DNA from: Raillietiella orientalis
Taxonomy: Eukaryota
Length of the DNA stretch: 64,000 bases
Direction of reading: 5' to 3'
Assembly: GCA_036172245.1 (NCBI GenBank)
Contig: JAYWIR010000003.1
Coordinates: 806,001 to 870,000, forward strand
The notes beneath the pieces were generated by a model. The model made no database searches, had not been told where the DNA came from, and was given only the letters and a program-made list of their open reading frames with translations. Positions 50,883-63,600 of the stretch are shown here, piece after piece. Within the stretch, counting starts at the first letter, position 1. Each line of letters begins with the position of its first letter. The position numbers were made by a program, and so were the translations under genes.

Positions 50883-53800
50883 AATTTTGCCACGGGAGTT
50901 GGCCACCGACTTCTCCCTCGATTTCCCCCCTCCCTCCTCTTGAGACTATGCAGGGAACAGGTTCTTGGGAAGGAAGTGAAAAGGAAGTTTCAGGAACTCC
51001 TCACTCCTGATCATCCATGCAGCCTCTCTGCCAGTGGCATCACCGCCTCTTGAAGAGAGGAGCAGGTCGTTGCTGAGGAGGAACTCTGCTGTCGTCCTTC
51101 CGAACAGGCAGGCACTCCACCTCCAGAGCTTCCAGACTGCGCTGCCCCTCGGCTTTCAGAGAGAAGGAAAAGTAATCTCTCCTCTTAGGTTCGGGTTTCC
51201 GGGGAATTCCTCGGAGATCCCCGCTGATAGCAGCCCTGCTTCTCCACTCCCGGAGACGAAGGGCGTGGAAAGGAACCGTCTATCGTGTGCGGATGCTTCC
51301 TGCAGGTACCATTACGATCCACCACCACCTGGAGCAGGAGGAGGAGTCCTGCAACTCCGCATGACGGCATCCTAGAGTCCGAAGCATGCGCCCAAGGCAT
51401 TCTTTGTTCTCAGCAACAAACACTTCCATCTGCTAGGGAACTTTTTCTCGTATTCCGACAAGCCCTCTATTGCTGTCCGTCTGCAGCTGCATGGGCATTC
51501 TGGCTTCAGTCCTCTTCTCCTGAAGACCCTCACGAGTCCCCATCCTCTACTTTTACTCGATTTGACACTTAGCTTGGATCACTGCTTCTTCGATTCCAGA
51601 TTTCGTCCTTCTGCCCATCCTACAGGAAGCAATTGAAAAATGGTTTTCTGTCAAGCCATCACACGCTCCCTGATTCTTCCCGGGTCTGCTTTCGCTGTTG
51701 CTCAGGTCTCCGTTCCACAAGTAAAGCATCTTTGGGCTTCCCCTCATCTCCACTCCGCCTAACTCTCTCTTGGAGTATGAGGATCATACCGTGAAGCACA
51801 GTGCAGTACTTCAGATGATACCGTGCAGGCTCCTGTAGATGCTGCTGCTATCTGTTCCCGTCGGCGTTTAATTTCGCCTTCATCGGAAGCTTCCAATTGA
51901 CCAGAACAAATGTTCCTGTTGCGAGATCATTTAGACAGGGAATTTCTCTTGTCCTCCATTCACAAACATTTCGGGTTTCCCCGGTGAACGAGGAGAAAGA
52001 ATCCTTTACGACTGCCTGCTCCGTTTACTGAAACTACGGAGAGAAGAAAAGGCTACGAGGAAACGGAAATAGCTCGAAGAATAGAAGAAACATCTCGAAG
52101 AAAATTACTTAATTTAGAGTATTGCTTCTAGAGTGCAGTATGTTGTGAGCATGTGTGTAACACATGTGCATGTTTTCTATTCATTTATAATGTGGTAATG
52201 CAGCTTTCACGGTTCACGTAGATCGAATGTTAGTCTGTGCAGTCTCAAATCAGAAGAGCTAAACAAGAATTAAGCAAAAAGATACACACACCTTCTTCGA
52301 ATTTTAAACTTCTGGTGAATTCACCATATAGTGCTTTTCATGCCTATGTAGTTATTTTGTACGAATTTCGTTGTTTTGAAACTCAAATTTGCTATGCATT
52401 CACCACATTTAAAAATCACTTATAGGCTTTTCAAACGTTTTGCTGCATTCCTCTTATAGTAGCTTTCAGATGTCAAAATCCTTCTCAAAGATTTCCCTTG
52501 ATTGAGGACAATAATTTTGAACAAATTTCAGTTATATGTAGATTCCCGAAAAGTTATTAAGTACGGTGGTTTTCATTTCCCATTCCGAAAGAGTGACACA
52601 AAATCCTATGAGTTTCGATGTTGTATGAAATTCGTACAACTGCAAAACTTGGAAACGTACAAACAGGGAAAACACTGATTCGTTTCGTCGATTCCTTCAG
52701 CCTTTTCTGTCTGAAGAGCAGAGTCTCCTTTGCGGACGGATCATCCAGAGAGTAAGGTGAAATGATGAGAATACTGAATGTTGAGAAACTCTCCATTTTG
52801 TTTTGTTTTGTTTTTTTATTACGTTAACACGTCCTTATAAAAAAAAAAGTACTGAAAAGTACTGGCTCCCATCCTTGAAAAGTCCAACATTCATAGTGCA
52901 AACTATTCAGAAACTAAGATTGTAACACGGCAGGAGAGGCTCTTTACGATCAATTTGTTAAAAACAAACCTACAGCTTACTTCGTCGTTGAATGCCATGA
53001 AACACAATGGATTTCAGTCCAATTATTTTTTTTTCGTCTAGTGGATTCATGGTTGGAAAGAATCTGGACGTGAAAATTTTTCCAGTGTGTTCCAGGAATT
53101 TTCAAGTCTCTCAATGCTTTCATAGATTGAGTTCCTCGCAGAATTTTGTTAGCATCGAAAGGAAGAACTGATTTAATTAATTTGTTCATTTCCTATTAAA
53201 ATATTCCCTGCATGATGAATTTCATGAACAAATGTTAGTAACGAATCTACACGCAGATTGAAATGATTGAGACTCAACGTATTCTGCGTTTTCCAAGTAA
53301 TACATCATTAGGGATGCTGAAATCTTCCGAGTCTCCTATTTGCAGTTAATTAAGTTATTTTATTAAACTGTAATTATTGAACACCGAAGACGCATCAAAT
53401 TAATAAATATTGAATTATACTACTCATCGTACTCAGGATATGGATTATTCAGTTGTTAATTGCTTACACACACGTAGTGATTTTGGTTCTTAATTTGCTG
53501 AAAATATCCGACGGAATTTGACTGTTATCATAAATTTTAAATTTCTTTAATTCTATGCGTCTTTAATGAGGAATTTGTGCAAGGAATATCAATTTATAAA
53601 TTATGTTAATATGGAAATTCAAGTGAACAAAATGTTTCGGATTGAGCTATTTATTTTGTTTTTACCGCATGCATCTCTCAGATTGCCATGAAATATGGCT
53701 GCCACCGTGGATTTTAAATTTTCGAGTGCATGCTTGTCAGTGCTGCGTTGAACAGTTACGCTGCATATTTTGTGAGTGTTCAGAGTTTTTATTTAGTGTA

Positions 53801-54246
53801 GTTTCTGTTCATTGCTCAAAGTTTATCTTTAGTTATTCCCATCATGCGTTCTCTGAAGATTTTGTTTCGGATGTTTGTCTTTATCAGTGCCAGTTTTTTT
53901 TAAAAAAAATCGTGTCATTTCGTTGAGGTGTATACAAGATTTACCGAATTTTCTTATCGTGAATTTACCGAATTTAAAGCAGAAAGCCCAGCGTTGAGGC
54001 AAAAATTATGAGATACGTGTAAAAAATGTTGTACGAGTTATACAACTTTAATTTCGCAAATAACAGGGTTTAGTGTGATTATTTTTTTTTTCAGTTTTTA
54101 GAGTATTTAGTACTAAGTTGACCTTGTCCAAGTTTCCCTAATTAAATGGATTTAACTTATCTCAACTAAAGATGTGTTTCCATTTAAATTTTATTCACAA
54201 GAAGACTGTGTAGTAGTACAAGTTTGCTAACGACCTGAAAGTGAAC

Positions 54247-56146
54247 ATGGTTATGGAAGCCTCTATCGCACAAAGTGTGGGACGAGAATTTGTTAGACAG
54301 TATTATACTGTCCTCAACAAAGAACCCTTGAAACTTCACAAGTATTATGATTGCAAAAAATTATTTGTATGTGAACTCTTCTGTTTTTAGATTTTATAGT
54401 GAACATTCAAGTTTTGTTCATGGGTGCATTCAGCGTCCATTTAGGGAAGCAAAACCGATTATAGGTCCCGAAGAGGTTTTGCAAAAGATTATCGAATTGA
54501 ACTTTTGCAACTGTCATGCTAAAATTCATCAAGTTGATTCATATGAAACATTGCAAAATGGTCTAGTCGTACAGGTAGGCAGTGTTACACCGTGATGGGA
54601 TTTGTCAAGTTTTGTTAGGTGTTAGGTGAGCTTTCTAACAATGGATGCCCCATGAGAAGGTTTGTGCAAACTTTTGTATTGGGTTTCCAGCCACCTAAAA
54701 GCTATTATGTTCACAATGATATCTTTCGTTATTTGGTAAGTTTGCAAACCGTTTTTGTTTGCATGCTTTTGGATTTAATAGGATGACATAACAGAGGAGG
54801 ATACAGATGAAGGTGAACCTTCTGATGTAGAAGAGATGGGGTCAGATGACCATCCAATATTACAGGGAGAAGGCCAGTATTTTGACCAGTTGCAGCATCA
54901 TTCAACAATGACAACTATAAATGGTCCATCCACCATTGGAGAAATGATGGGATGCCTCCCTATTCACGAGGTTTCTCCTCCACTTGAAGGAAATGGCTGT
55001 GCAAATACAGAATCAGCAGGTATTAATTTGTAGTCCAGTTTGAGTTGAATCTTCCGTATCTCTTAGACCCTGTTATAAATTTGGAAAATGAAGAACTGAT
55101 TCCCAAGCAAGAAGATGGTGGTCAGAATGCTGGAGCCAATGAAATTGAACAGAATGATGCAAGTGCAGATACCAGTGGCAATAAGCAAGATTCCACCAGT
55201 GCAGCCCCAGGTACTACTTCCAGCATGATTGGGATAAATACTAACTGATTTGAAGCATCCAATGAGCCACGTACCTTTGCAAATTTATTCAAAGGCTCAG
55301 CCACGAGCAATGGGCAGAAGAGTTGGACATCAGCCCCAACATCAGAGAATTGGGCAGGTGCTAATCGGGCTCAGTGGGCCTGTTCAACACAAAATTTGGA
55401 AAATAAAGATGTATCAAGTGGACCACCACATCGCTACCAAGGTAGACCTCGTGGTGGTGTTGTACGATCTCTTCCACGTGATCGACAGCGTCTCCCTGAG
55501 GAGAATGGTAAGTAAAGAATCTTTATTCGGCAGCAATGATGATGTAATTTGCGTCAGAGCATGAGGCTATGATCGTTTTTTGTCTGAGCTGCAATAATTC
55601 AGATGAGGCTACAAAGAAAAAATCCTTTTTGGTTTTTTAGGAGTTGCAAATGACAGTGAAAGGAGGCGTCCTAATGCCTCTGCTGGTGGTGGCACCCAGC
55701 AATACCCTGATGCTAATCAGCTGTTCATTGGCAATCTGCCACATAGCGTAGGAGAGGAAGAATTGAAAGAATTCTTCCAAAAATTTGGCACTGTTCTTGA
55801 CCTCCGCATTAATTCCAAGACCAACAAGATTGGTCCAGGAGGAACAAGAGTGCCCAACTTTGGCTTTGTTGTCTTTGAGGATCCAAGTGTGGTCCAGGTG
55901 GTTTTGGACAGCAAACCAATTTCTTACCAGAACCATCGACTGAATGTAGAGGAAAAGAAGACAAGGAACCGACTGGATGGTCCTCGTATCAGTGGCAGTG
56001 GTGATGGTGGTCGAATAGGAGCTATCGGAGGACGAGGGGCTGGAAGAGCTGGTATTTCCATGCGTGGAGGACGAGGCTCTTATACAAATCGTGGCGATAA
56101 TCGAGGAGGAGGGAATGGGAGAGGATTCGCAGCATCCCGTCGTTGA
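54247..56146 (+). CDS. G3BP: Ras GTPase-activating protein-binding protein (G3BP/Rasputin), 7 exons, 511 aa
   Basis: Exons 54247-54341, 54391-54574, 54619-54735, 54782-55019, 55067-55210, 55256-55507, 55641-56146. NTF2-like domain [24 protein letters not shown], acidic region, [30 protein letters not shown] tail. Confidence 0.97.
55530..55592 (+). ncRNA. SNORD16: Intronic box C/D snoRNA, SNORD16/snR87-like
   Basis: Terminal stem GCAGC (55530-34) with GCTGC (55588-92), box C ATGATGA (55536-42), D' CAGA (55555-58), C'-like ATGAGG (55561-66), box D CTGA (55584-87). The D' guide GTAATTTGCG complements conserved 18S rRNA CGCAAAUUAC. Confidence 0.88.
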
Positions 56147-56218
56147 ATTCATAGAACTTTTGATACTTGTGCCAGTTATCGCTCCCTCTCCAATTATTTT
56201 TCTTGTCGCCAAATCAAT

Positions 56219-56224
56219 AATAAA
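56219..56224 (+). promoter_or_regulatory. Probable polyadenylation signal of G3BP
   Basis: AATAAA about 70 nt downstream of the TGA. Confidence 0.55.
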
Positions 56225-56949
56225 TTTTTAAGATTCGGATAATTTAGATTCAGCAATCATGTCTGGTGAAGGATTTGATGTTGAAGAACAGATGGGGAAT
56301 GGCATTGCAGAAATTCATTTTTTTTCTTTCATTTATATTTTTCCTTTATAATATTGGCCTTTTGATTTGTTAAATAATTCATAGCCCGGAACGAATAAGA
56401 TTGCAATGAAAAAAAAAAAAAGAAATAAATAAAAAATTTTTGTCATGCGTTTTTGTGTTTTATTAGATCCCAATGCCTGCATAAATGAGCACCAAGCAAA
56501 ATGCATTGTGGAGCTGGTGGCACGTCTTGAGGCTTGGGGTCGCACCCTTATTGAGTGACGGCGTATGTGTGCGTTAGGAGACAACTGATTGAAGTTTGGC
56601 CTTCCATTCCATTCCACTGGATGGAGTGCGGACAATTTTTCAGCTCTGGTGGGTGCTGATGGCACGGAGATGACTGACGCGATGTCAGCATTCGAAAGGC
56701 GGTCCGTGAAGGCACAGGGTTCATTCAATTAATTTGGATCTTAAAAGTGCATGCATACATTTGCAGCATGCAAGTATTCCACGGTGCTGCAAGCACTGAG
56801 CGGTGGACCCCGATGAATGCGAGCAACTGAAAGCAGCGTTGATTGTTCTCTGGGAAGGAGCTATGGGCAGCAGCTTTTGTTATTTAAGGATTTATAGGCC
56901 ATAGTCCCAAGTCTTTTAGCGGCTCTTGTTAAGGTCTCCAGTCAGAAAT

Positions 56950-59400
56950 CATCTCGGACGCAAGCATTGCGTGCCCAGGTGGTTTTGACTGTACTCAAAA
57001 CACTGTGGGGACGGTTAAAGATGGCAAAGTGCCGGATTATCAGCAAGAGACTACAAGCTATACCAGTCATAGCAACGATACTTGGAGCGTGGGGGTCGAT
57101 GAGCTTGAGATGTAATGATGCCAGCCAGAAGAGCGTTCCTCGCCCTTGTTTTCAGCAGTTCGTTGTTGACGATGAAACTCCGGAGAGGAGAGGGAGGGTT
57201 TCGAGGAAAACGGTTGAGCACGTTGCAAGCAGCTGCCACCTAGTCCGCAAGGTCTAATGGAAGGTTCGGTGATGAATGAAAGGGACTGCGGAACCAGTTG
57301 CACGGAGGTCACTGGTCAAGCTTCAAGGTCAAGTCAGTTCTGGGGATTTGGGATCCACTCGGCGCGCGAGATGAAAGTGCGAGCTCCGGATTCAAATTCC
57401 GCCGGGATGGGTAAATCGCGTTCCCAGAACCGCGACTTGGATAGCAGAGCTTTCTTCCACGTTCGGGATGCTAAAAAAGGAAAAGCAACGAGGCAACCGG
57501 ATGTCGCTCGCATCCCTCCGTAATAAGTGAGAGGCGATCCGCAGATTGTTTGGTGGTGCCGTCGGGTGCCCTAACGAAGAAGTTTTCCCAGAGTCGGGGA
57601 AGCGTGCCTTTCTCCACCCTGCGGAAGATCAGATTCGCTTGCGGACCGTGTGAATCTGATCTTCCGCAAGGCAGCGCATGCTTTCCTCTCCGGTGCAAAA
57701 CGGGGCAACAAGATGGCATCTTGCCCGACCGAACGGTACCGCATTAAGACGCCATTCCATGCAGACTTCCGATCGAACCGCAGAGGATTTGCTCCCTGCA
57801 CCTCCTCTGCGGAAGGCAGCCTGTGTGTCAATGACGTTGCAACAGTTGGCTGCTCCCCAGTACGGAAAGATCCTCTCGGTCCTTACCACGATGCGTGCGT
57901 TATCTCTGTGTCAGGAGTTGCGAAAGTTTGCCGCATGCACTACGAGATGCCATGCACATGGCCTGTGCGCGGCAGGGCTCCCATGAATCAAGGACGAGAG
58001 GGTTCAGTGCGGTGTTCACATGTTTCGTGAAAAAGGGAAAGCAGCGGTGGATTGCACCCCGGTGCATCGCACTTTGATCGGTGCCTCGAGTTTCTCGCTC
58101 GCTGCACGGAGTGTGTGCATCAAGTGAAGACGCGTCGTGTGGCCCCGCGATTTGCGAGTGCCTCTTCTGTTCCTCCGCAAGAGGACGTTGCCTGCTTGGC
58201 AAGTGCGGAAACGAGGGGATTCACTACCGGGAATCGCTAAGGGAAGAACGAAACGGGGAGTGGCTCCGTGCATCGTCCGTTCCCTCGAGCCGGAAAAGAG
58301 AAAACGAGAGTTCCCCGAAGACGACACTGACCAGTGAAGAGAGAGCGCCCATCCCATCTCTTCATTGACCTACAGCCACAGACAGGAACCAGTCAGCACG
58401 GCATCCTCAAATTAAATCGAACTCCGAGCGTGCTGTCGACTTTACTGAGCTCATGGACGTCCAAGCCCTCTATATTCTTCCCCACCTAAATAGTATTCCT
58501 CAACCGAGGGAGATCTTCTCTTCCGGGTGTATGGTTTCCGGTCCCGGTTTTTCGGGAGCGCGCCTCAATTCGAAGATTTCGAGAGGAAATCGTTAATCTG
58601 TTTTTCTGGAAAAAGCTCTGATATCCTGCTGAAAATCGTGGAAAAAAGGTCTGCCCTCTACCGATCGGATGGAAACACAGGGTGGTTGGTTGGTAGGGGA
58701 TGAAGGTCCTTTCTGCCACTTCCTTCACCTGCGGTACGGTTTCCGGCTGCTTATGCCAGCCTGACAGTTCTCGTGCCCTCCCCTTCTGTATCGCTTCCTT
58801 TCCGAAACAGATCGGATGGAATCTCAGCATTCGTTCCTCTCTGTAGAGGATCCACTATGGGCATGGGCAGTTGTGCCTCTGGCTATGGCCGCCACCCTTC
58901 CTCTCAAGAACGGTGTGTAGTGGTGACCGTGTCTCTCCGGCTAGCCAGCCCGTGGTTACAAGTGCGGTTCCACTCGCAGCATCACTCCGGAATCCCCCCG
59001 TATGACAACCATCCGTGCCTAGGAAACGGGAAGACTCATTGAGTCGGGAAGCGAGACACGTTCTCCTGGAGGCTGGTTGGGAAGTTGCCGCAGCAACCAG
59101 GTGCGCTGGAGACTCGGCAAATCTGACGTTTCTACGAGGCATCACAAGTGCGACGTCAGGGAACGCAGAGGGAGAAAAGGGAGTGGGCGTTAGGCACCCA
59201 GGCATGTCACTCGGCTTGGTCCTTGGCTGGAGAGGCCCGTCGCAGCGGGCGAGTCTGTCTGCCCTGTTCTTCCTTTGTCAGGCTCTTTCGGGGACGGCAG
59301 AGCGGGCTCGTCTTTGCATCGCAGCCTTTCTTGCTTCAGAAGTGCTGAGCTGAGGTGTCTGCTCTACGGGGAGTTGAGCGCGCGCAGGGAGGACTTCCCG
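56950..59400 (-). mobile_element. Decayed LINE ORF2 copy (RT to C-terminus)
   Basis: Minus strand: RELSGWHKQ (SGL-IN-like, ~58760), SPNLPLDL (PHLLLDC-like, ~57255) and SIVAMTGIACSLLLIIRHFAIFN (~57015-57082), paralleling RIATIGCIRAIVSVRQALVIN of the 17.3 kb copy. Confidence 0.5.
57620..57668. repeat. Perfect 17-bp hairpin
   Basis: TGCGGAAGATCAGATTC (57620-57636) and GAATCTGATCTTCCGCA (57652-57668). Confidence 0.9.
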
Positions 59401-60692
59401 ACATCACCATGGCGTCGTGACGCTGCGCGTTGCGGAGTAAAGTGACCGCATCGATGCAACACGGGGAGGAGGGGCAGATTTCTTTTGGAAGCTGCAGAAG
59501 GTCGCGCGGGAGCCTCTTGGAACGAGACGGCGACAGCTTTCACCGGTGCTGACTGACCTCATGATCTGGAAGTGACCTCGAGCGCGCGTTTGTGGGACCT
59601 GCACCGGCGGAGAGAAAAATTGGGAAGCGCGGAGAAATAGCCCTGAGTTTTTTTTTTCTTTTTTATTTCTGGTAGGGGTCGAGGAGCCAAGGAAGGTGAT
59701 CCTTGCAGTACAGAAAGGGTGACTGCGAGCCCCCGGGGTGAGCCCCCAAACGAGGACTCCTGAGCGCAGAGGACAACCCTTCTCCCCCTGTTGAGCCACT
59801 CCTGAGGGCCATGTCTCCTGAGGCCACCTGAAAGGCACGTCCCCGCGGTAGAGCAGGCCGTGGTACCTGACGAGGCGCCAGGGGGCAGTCGATGACCACT
59901 TCCAGAGAGTGCTTCACTCGGTCGACCTGGACTGCAGATGCAGGCGTTGGGCACGAGCGCTCCCTCGCCCGACTGGATCTCGATGGGGCTTCGGAATCGA
60001 TGGACCCTCTCCCCCTCGCTTCCGAGACGATCGGCTCCTCCAGATGGGGAGGCCACTGCCCAGCCTGGCCCTTCTTTCCTCCGGAAGCCTCGCGGGCAAC
60101 CTGGCCGCAGCCGCTCTCGGGGTGCCCTTCGCGGGAAAGGAAGAGGAGGAGGAAGGTGGGTCCCCGCCCCGAGGTTGGCAGAAGCTCCGGGCTTGGCAGG
60201 CCCGCTGCTCCCGCTCGACACAGAGGGGAGGAGGAGCGAGCGTTCCTTTTCCCTAGGAGGAAGCTGGTGAGGGCGGGCGCGCGTACGTCCGAGAGGGCAA
60301 CGGACGGGAGGCTCGCGCGTACCTTGGAAAGAGCCGCCCGCCCATCCCTAGACGATGGGCCCAGCCAGGATCGCCAACGAGGGCTTCCCGGTACGCCTCT
60401 CCCTCCCTGCCTTCTCCTTCAGGGGAGCCTCCGGCAGTCCCGGGTCATGCGAGGGAACTTCCAGTGCGCGGTGCTCCCTCTCCGTGATCGCCAGAGGGAC
60501 CTCCTCAAGAGCGGGGCTTCTCCCTCTCCTCCGTCTTCCGGGAAGTGGAGGGGTGGGTCGCGCGGGCCGGGGACGTTTCCGAGTGCATCCCCTTCCCTTC
60601 CTCTAGGAGCCAGCAGGCGGTTGCCACAGCAAAGCGCCTATTATTGCCCCCGTCGAAAAGCGGCGAGGAGCCATTCCCTCCTCCTCGGGTGC

Positions 60693-63600
60693 TCATCCCG
60701 CGACGAGGGCCTCGCATTTCTTGTCGAGCAGTTCCTGAGGGGTCACAAGGACAGGGACAGTTCCCACCCGCTCCCACCTCCCAGCTCCACGGACCTTTTC
60801 CATCTCTAGGCAGACGCTCCACTCTTCCAGGGTGATGAAGTGATCGCCATCCGTGTCGCAGTGGTCCAGGAAGGGGGCCATGCAGTGCTCCATGGAGAGG
60901 AGAGGTGCCCGGATGGGGAAGAGCTCATGCCGGGAGACGCGCCTGGAAGGGAGGAGCCAGGAGTGTCCGTCAGCACCTCCTCCACGGGGAGGGGGAATGA
61001 GAAGGGGCGGGAGAACCTCCGTAATCCATCCCGCCGTCTCCCCTGTGCGCATTCACTCGCCGTGGGGAGGCAGTGGGGTCTGCGCACCACCTGAGTTCTG
61101 GCAGCCCCGCTCCCCTCAACTTTGTCCCTGTCCCCTGCCGCACCTCATTTCCCTTCCTTTTCACTCCAAGGAGAGGAGCCGGGAACCCCTCCCTATTCCC
61201 GAAGGCCTTCCAGGCTCCGTCCCGCCTGCTCCTGACGGTCCCAGCCCCACCCTGCTAACCACGACTTTCCGCCTCAACTCCCCCCCAGTTGGATCCCTGC
61301 ACTCTACCGTTCCCTTCCTCCCACTCCCACCCCTTTCGCCTCTCTCTTCCCTGGAGCGCCCCTGATCCCTGGAGGTCTTCCCGGTAACCCTCGAACGCTG
61401 CCCTCTTCGCAGCCGGAAAAGGGTCGTCCTGGACGGGAGGTGCTGCTCGGAGGGAGGAGAGCGGCGGGAAGGGCGTTCCCACCTGTCTGTCGGGTCGGCG
61501 TCCAGGTCACACCACTTCCAGATAACGGCATCGGCCCAGCGGAGGCTGCGGTCCTTCCCCGGATCAGTGTCCACGCCCCTGTAGCGTTCTCCCAGCTCCC
61601 TCCTCTCGGATAGGTCTTGCAGGACGTTGGCCAGCCACTCCCTCATGCGGAATGGGAAGTCCTCCATCTCGCTGCGGGTGCACTCCTGCGGAAAGAGCCG
61701 CGCCGGTTCGCGGAGAAGGAAGGAATGGAGGATCACCTTGAGGGTCTGGCAGGCTCCATAGTAGTCCACGTGCTGGTGGGCGAAGCTCTCATCGGGGCAG
61801 CTCTCGTCGCCCGAGGTGCAGAGGCAGCGCATCTGGTGCAGGGCGCAGTCGGAGTCCCAGGTGTCATTCAGGTTGCTGCAGACCTTGTCAAGGGAGCAGG
61901 AGAGGGGGGGAAAAATGAGGGTCGGAAAAAAGAAACGGGAGCGCCGGAGGTGGCGGGGGGCGAGCGAGCGAGCGACCATCCCCCGTTCGGGGGCTCGGAG
62001 AAGCACTTTCGCTCCTGGAAGGGGACAAGGGAGGAGAGGAGAACTTCCCTTCCCACCCCCTTCTCCCCTGGGAGTGTCCAGGAACAGGAACCCGCGGTCG
62101 CAGAGAACGGGGGAAGGCGCGCGTCCCCCTCCCTCCTGGAACGGGGAGGAGGGCAAGGAGGAACGCGCCACCCTTTCCGCTCCGCTGCTCACGAGGTGGG
62201 AAGGTGGAGGCCAAGGAGAGGGTGGATGGCCAAGGGAGGAGTGCGCCCGGAGGCATCAGCGAGGGGGAGGGAACCGCTGCCAGATTCCTCCCCCCCCTCC
62301 GCGCGTCACTTTCCCCTCGCCGGCCTACTTCGCGCTGCTTGGGCCGGAAGCGGATCGGATTCCAGGAGAGAGCGCCCGCCTTTCCCCGCCCACGCGCGCA
62401 TGCTGTTCGTCGAGGGAGGCCGAGCGCTGCGCTCTCCAAGGGCTCCCAGCCAGGTTCCGGAGCGAAACCGCCGCCAGCATCCCGGTCCTGCGGTTGTCCG
62501 GCACGTGGCGTTCTCCAGAGCGCTCCCGGGATGCGACGGGGAGTGCGCCCTACGCTCTCCTGGCGATAAAGGGCAGCCGATACGCCCCTCCCGCGGTCGC
62601 CTTTCTTTCCGGTGGAGTCTCGGGAGAGCCAGCGATCGCGAAGAGGAGAATGAGGGGCGAGGCGGCGCCCATGACGTCTTTCTCCTCCTCTCCGGTCGGT
62701 TCTTCCATCCTCTTCCCCCACTCCGAACGCGCGGGACTCTCCCGTGGGGGGAACGCCTGAAAGGAGGTCAGGTTCGAGACCCCTAAGCAGTGACCTCGTC
62801 GACGGATGCCCGGCGAAGAAGGAAGGGACGGCTGATGAGCCGGGAAGATCAGGACGCGGGCGTGAAAGGGTTCCCGGAAAGAGGGGGTGGCAGAGGCAGC
62901 TCTTCTCCCCTGAGACCCTTCCCGGAACGACTTCAGACCTTCGGCTGTCCCGCTGCTCGCTCCTGGGCTGTCCTCCTGAAGGGAGACGCGCTCGTGGTAG
63001 GAGGAGGGGCAAGTCGGCTTGCTCCGAGCTTTTCGGAAAGGGCGACGCACAGGGTTCCGAGCTGCGGAGGGTACGGAGGGACCCAATGCCTCCTCCCAGG
63101 GCCGCCCGCGTGGATTCGCGGGGGGAAAGGAAGTGGGCAGAGGGTCTCAGACCCTGGCGGTTGCTCTCGGGAGCGGACTCCTTGGCAGCCGCGGTGCTCT
63201 TGCCGGGAGAGTGGCAGCCGCAGTCCACGAGGAAGCGACCGGAGGCAGGGTGGTCGCTCCGCAGTAGCCATAGATTCGCCTCCTCCTTTCCCCTCCCTTC
63301 GAGTACCCTCTTTCTCCCAGAACCCGCACATCCTGCTCCCTCCGCAGACCCTTACCTTCCTCCTGGGATCCCGTTCCTCCGGGCAGTTGACAATGCACCG
63401 GCAGGACGCGCTCCCGTCATCCTCGAAGGCACACTCCTTCCCCGCTGGGCAGCGCAGCTCCTGGCATGGATCTGGGAATAGAAGGGAGCACAAGGATGAG
63501 GTCCCTGGTTCGGCCTGTCCCGGCTCACTCTTCGGTGACTGCTCTTCGGCCACCCCGGCGACCTCCCTCGGCGAAGAGAGGGCGTCATCCAGGACGATGG

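Noticed and set aside
53212..53320. ATGATGA ... CTGA pair suggesting another C/D snoRNA (similar pair at ~26388-26456)
   Set aside because: No terminal stem and no recognisable rRNA guide.
56147..60692. Search for ATOX1 between G3BP and SPARC, and small ORFs after 56258
   Set aside because: No MxCxxC metallochaperone motif seen; the short ORFs give no coherent model.
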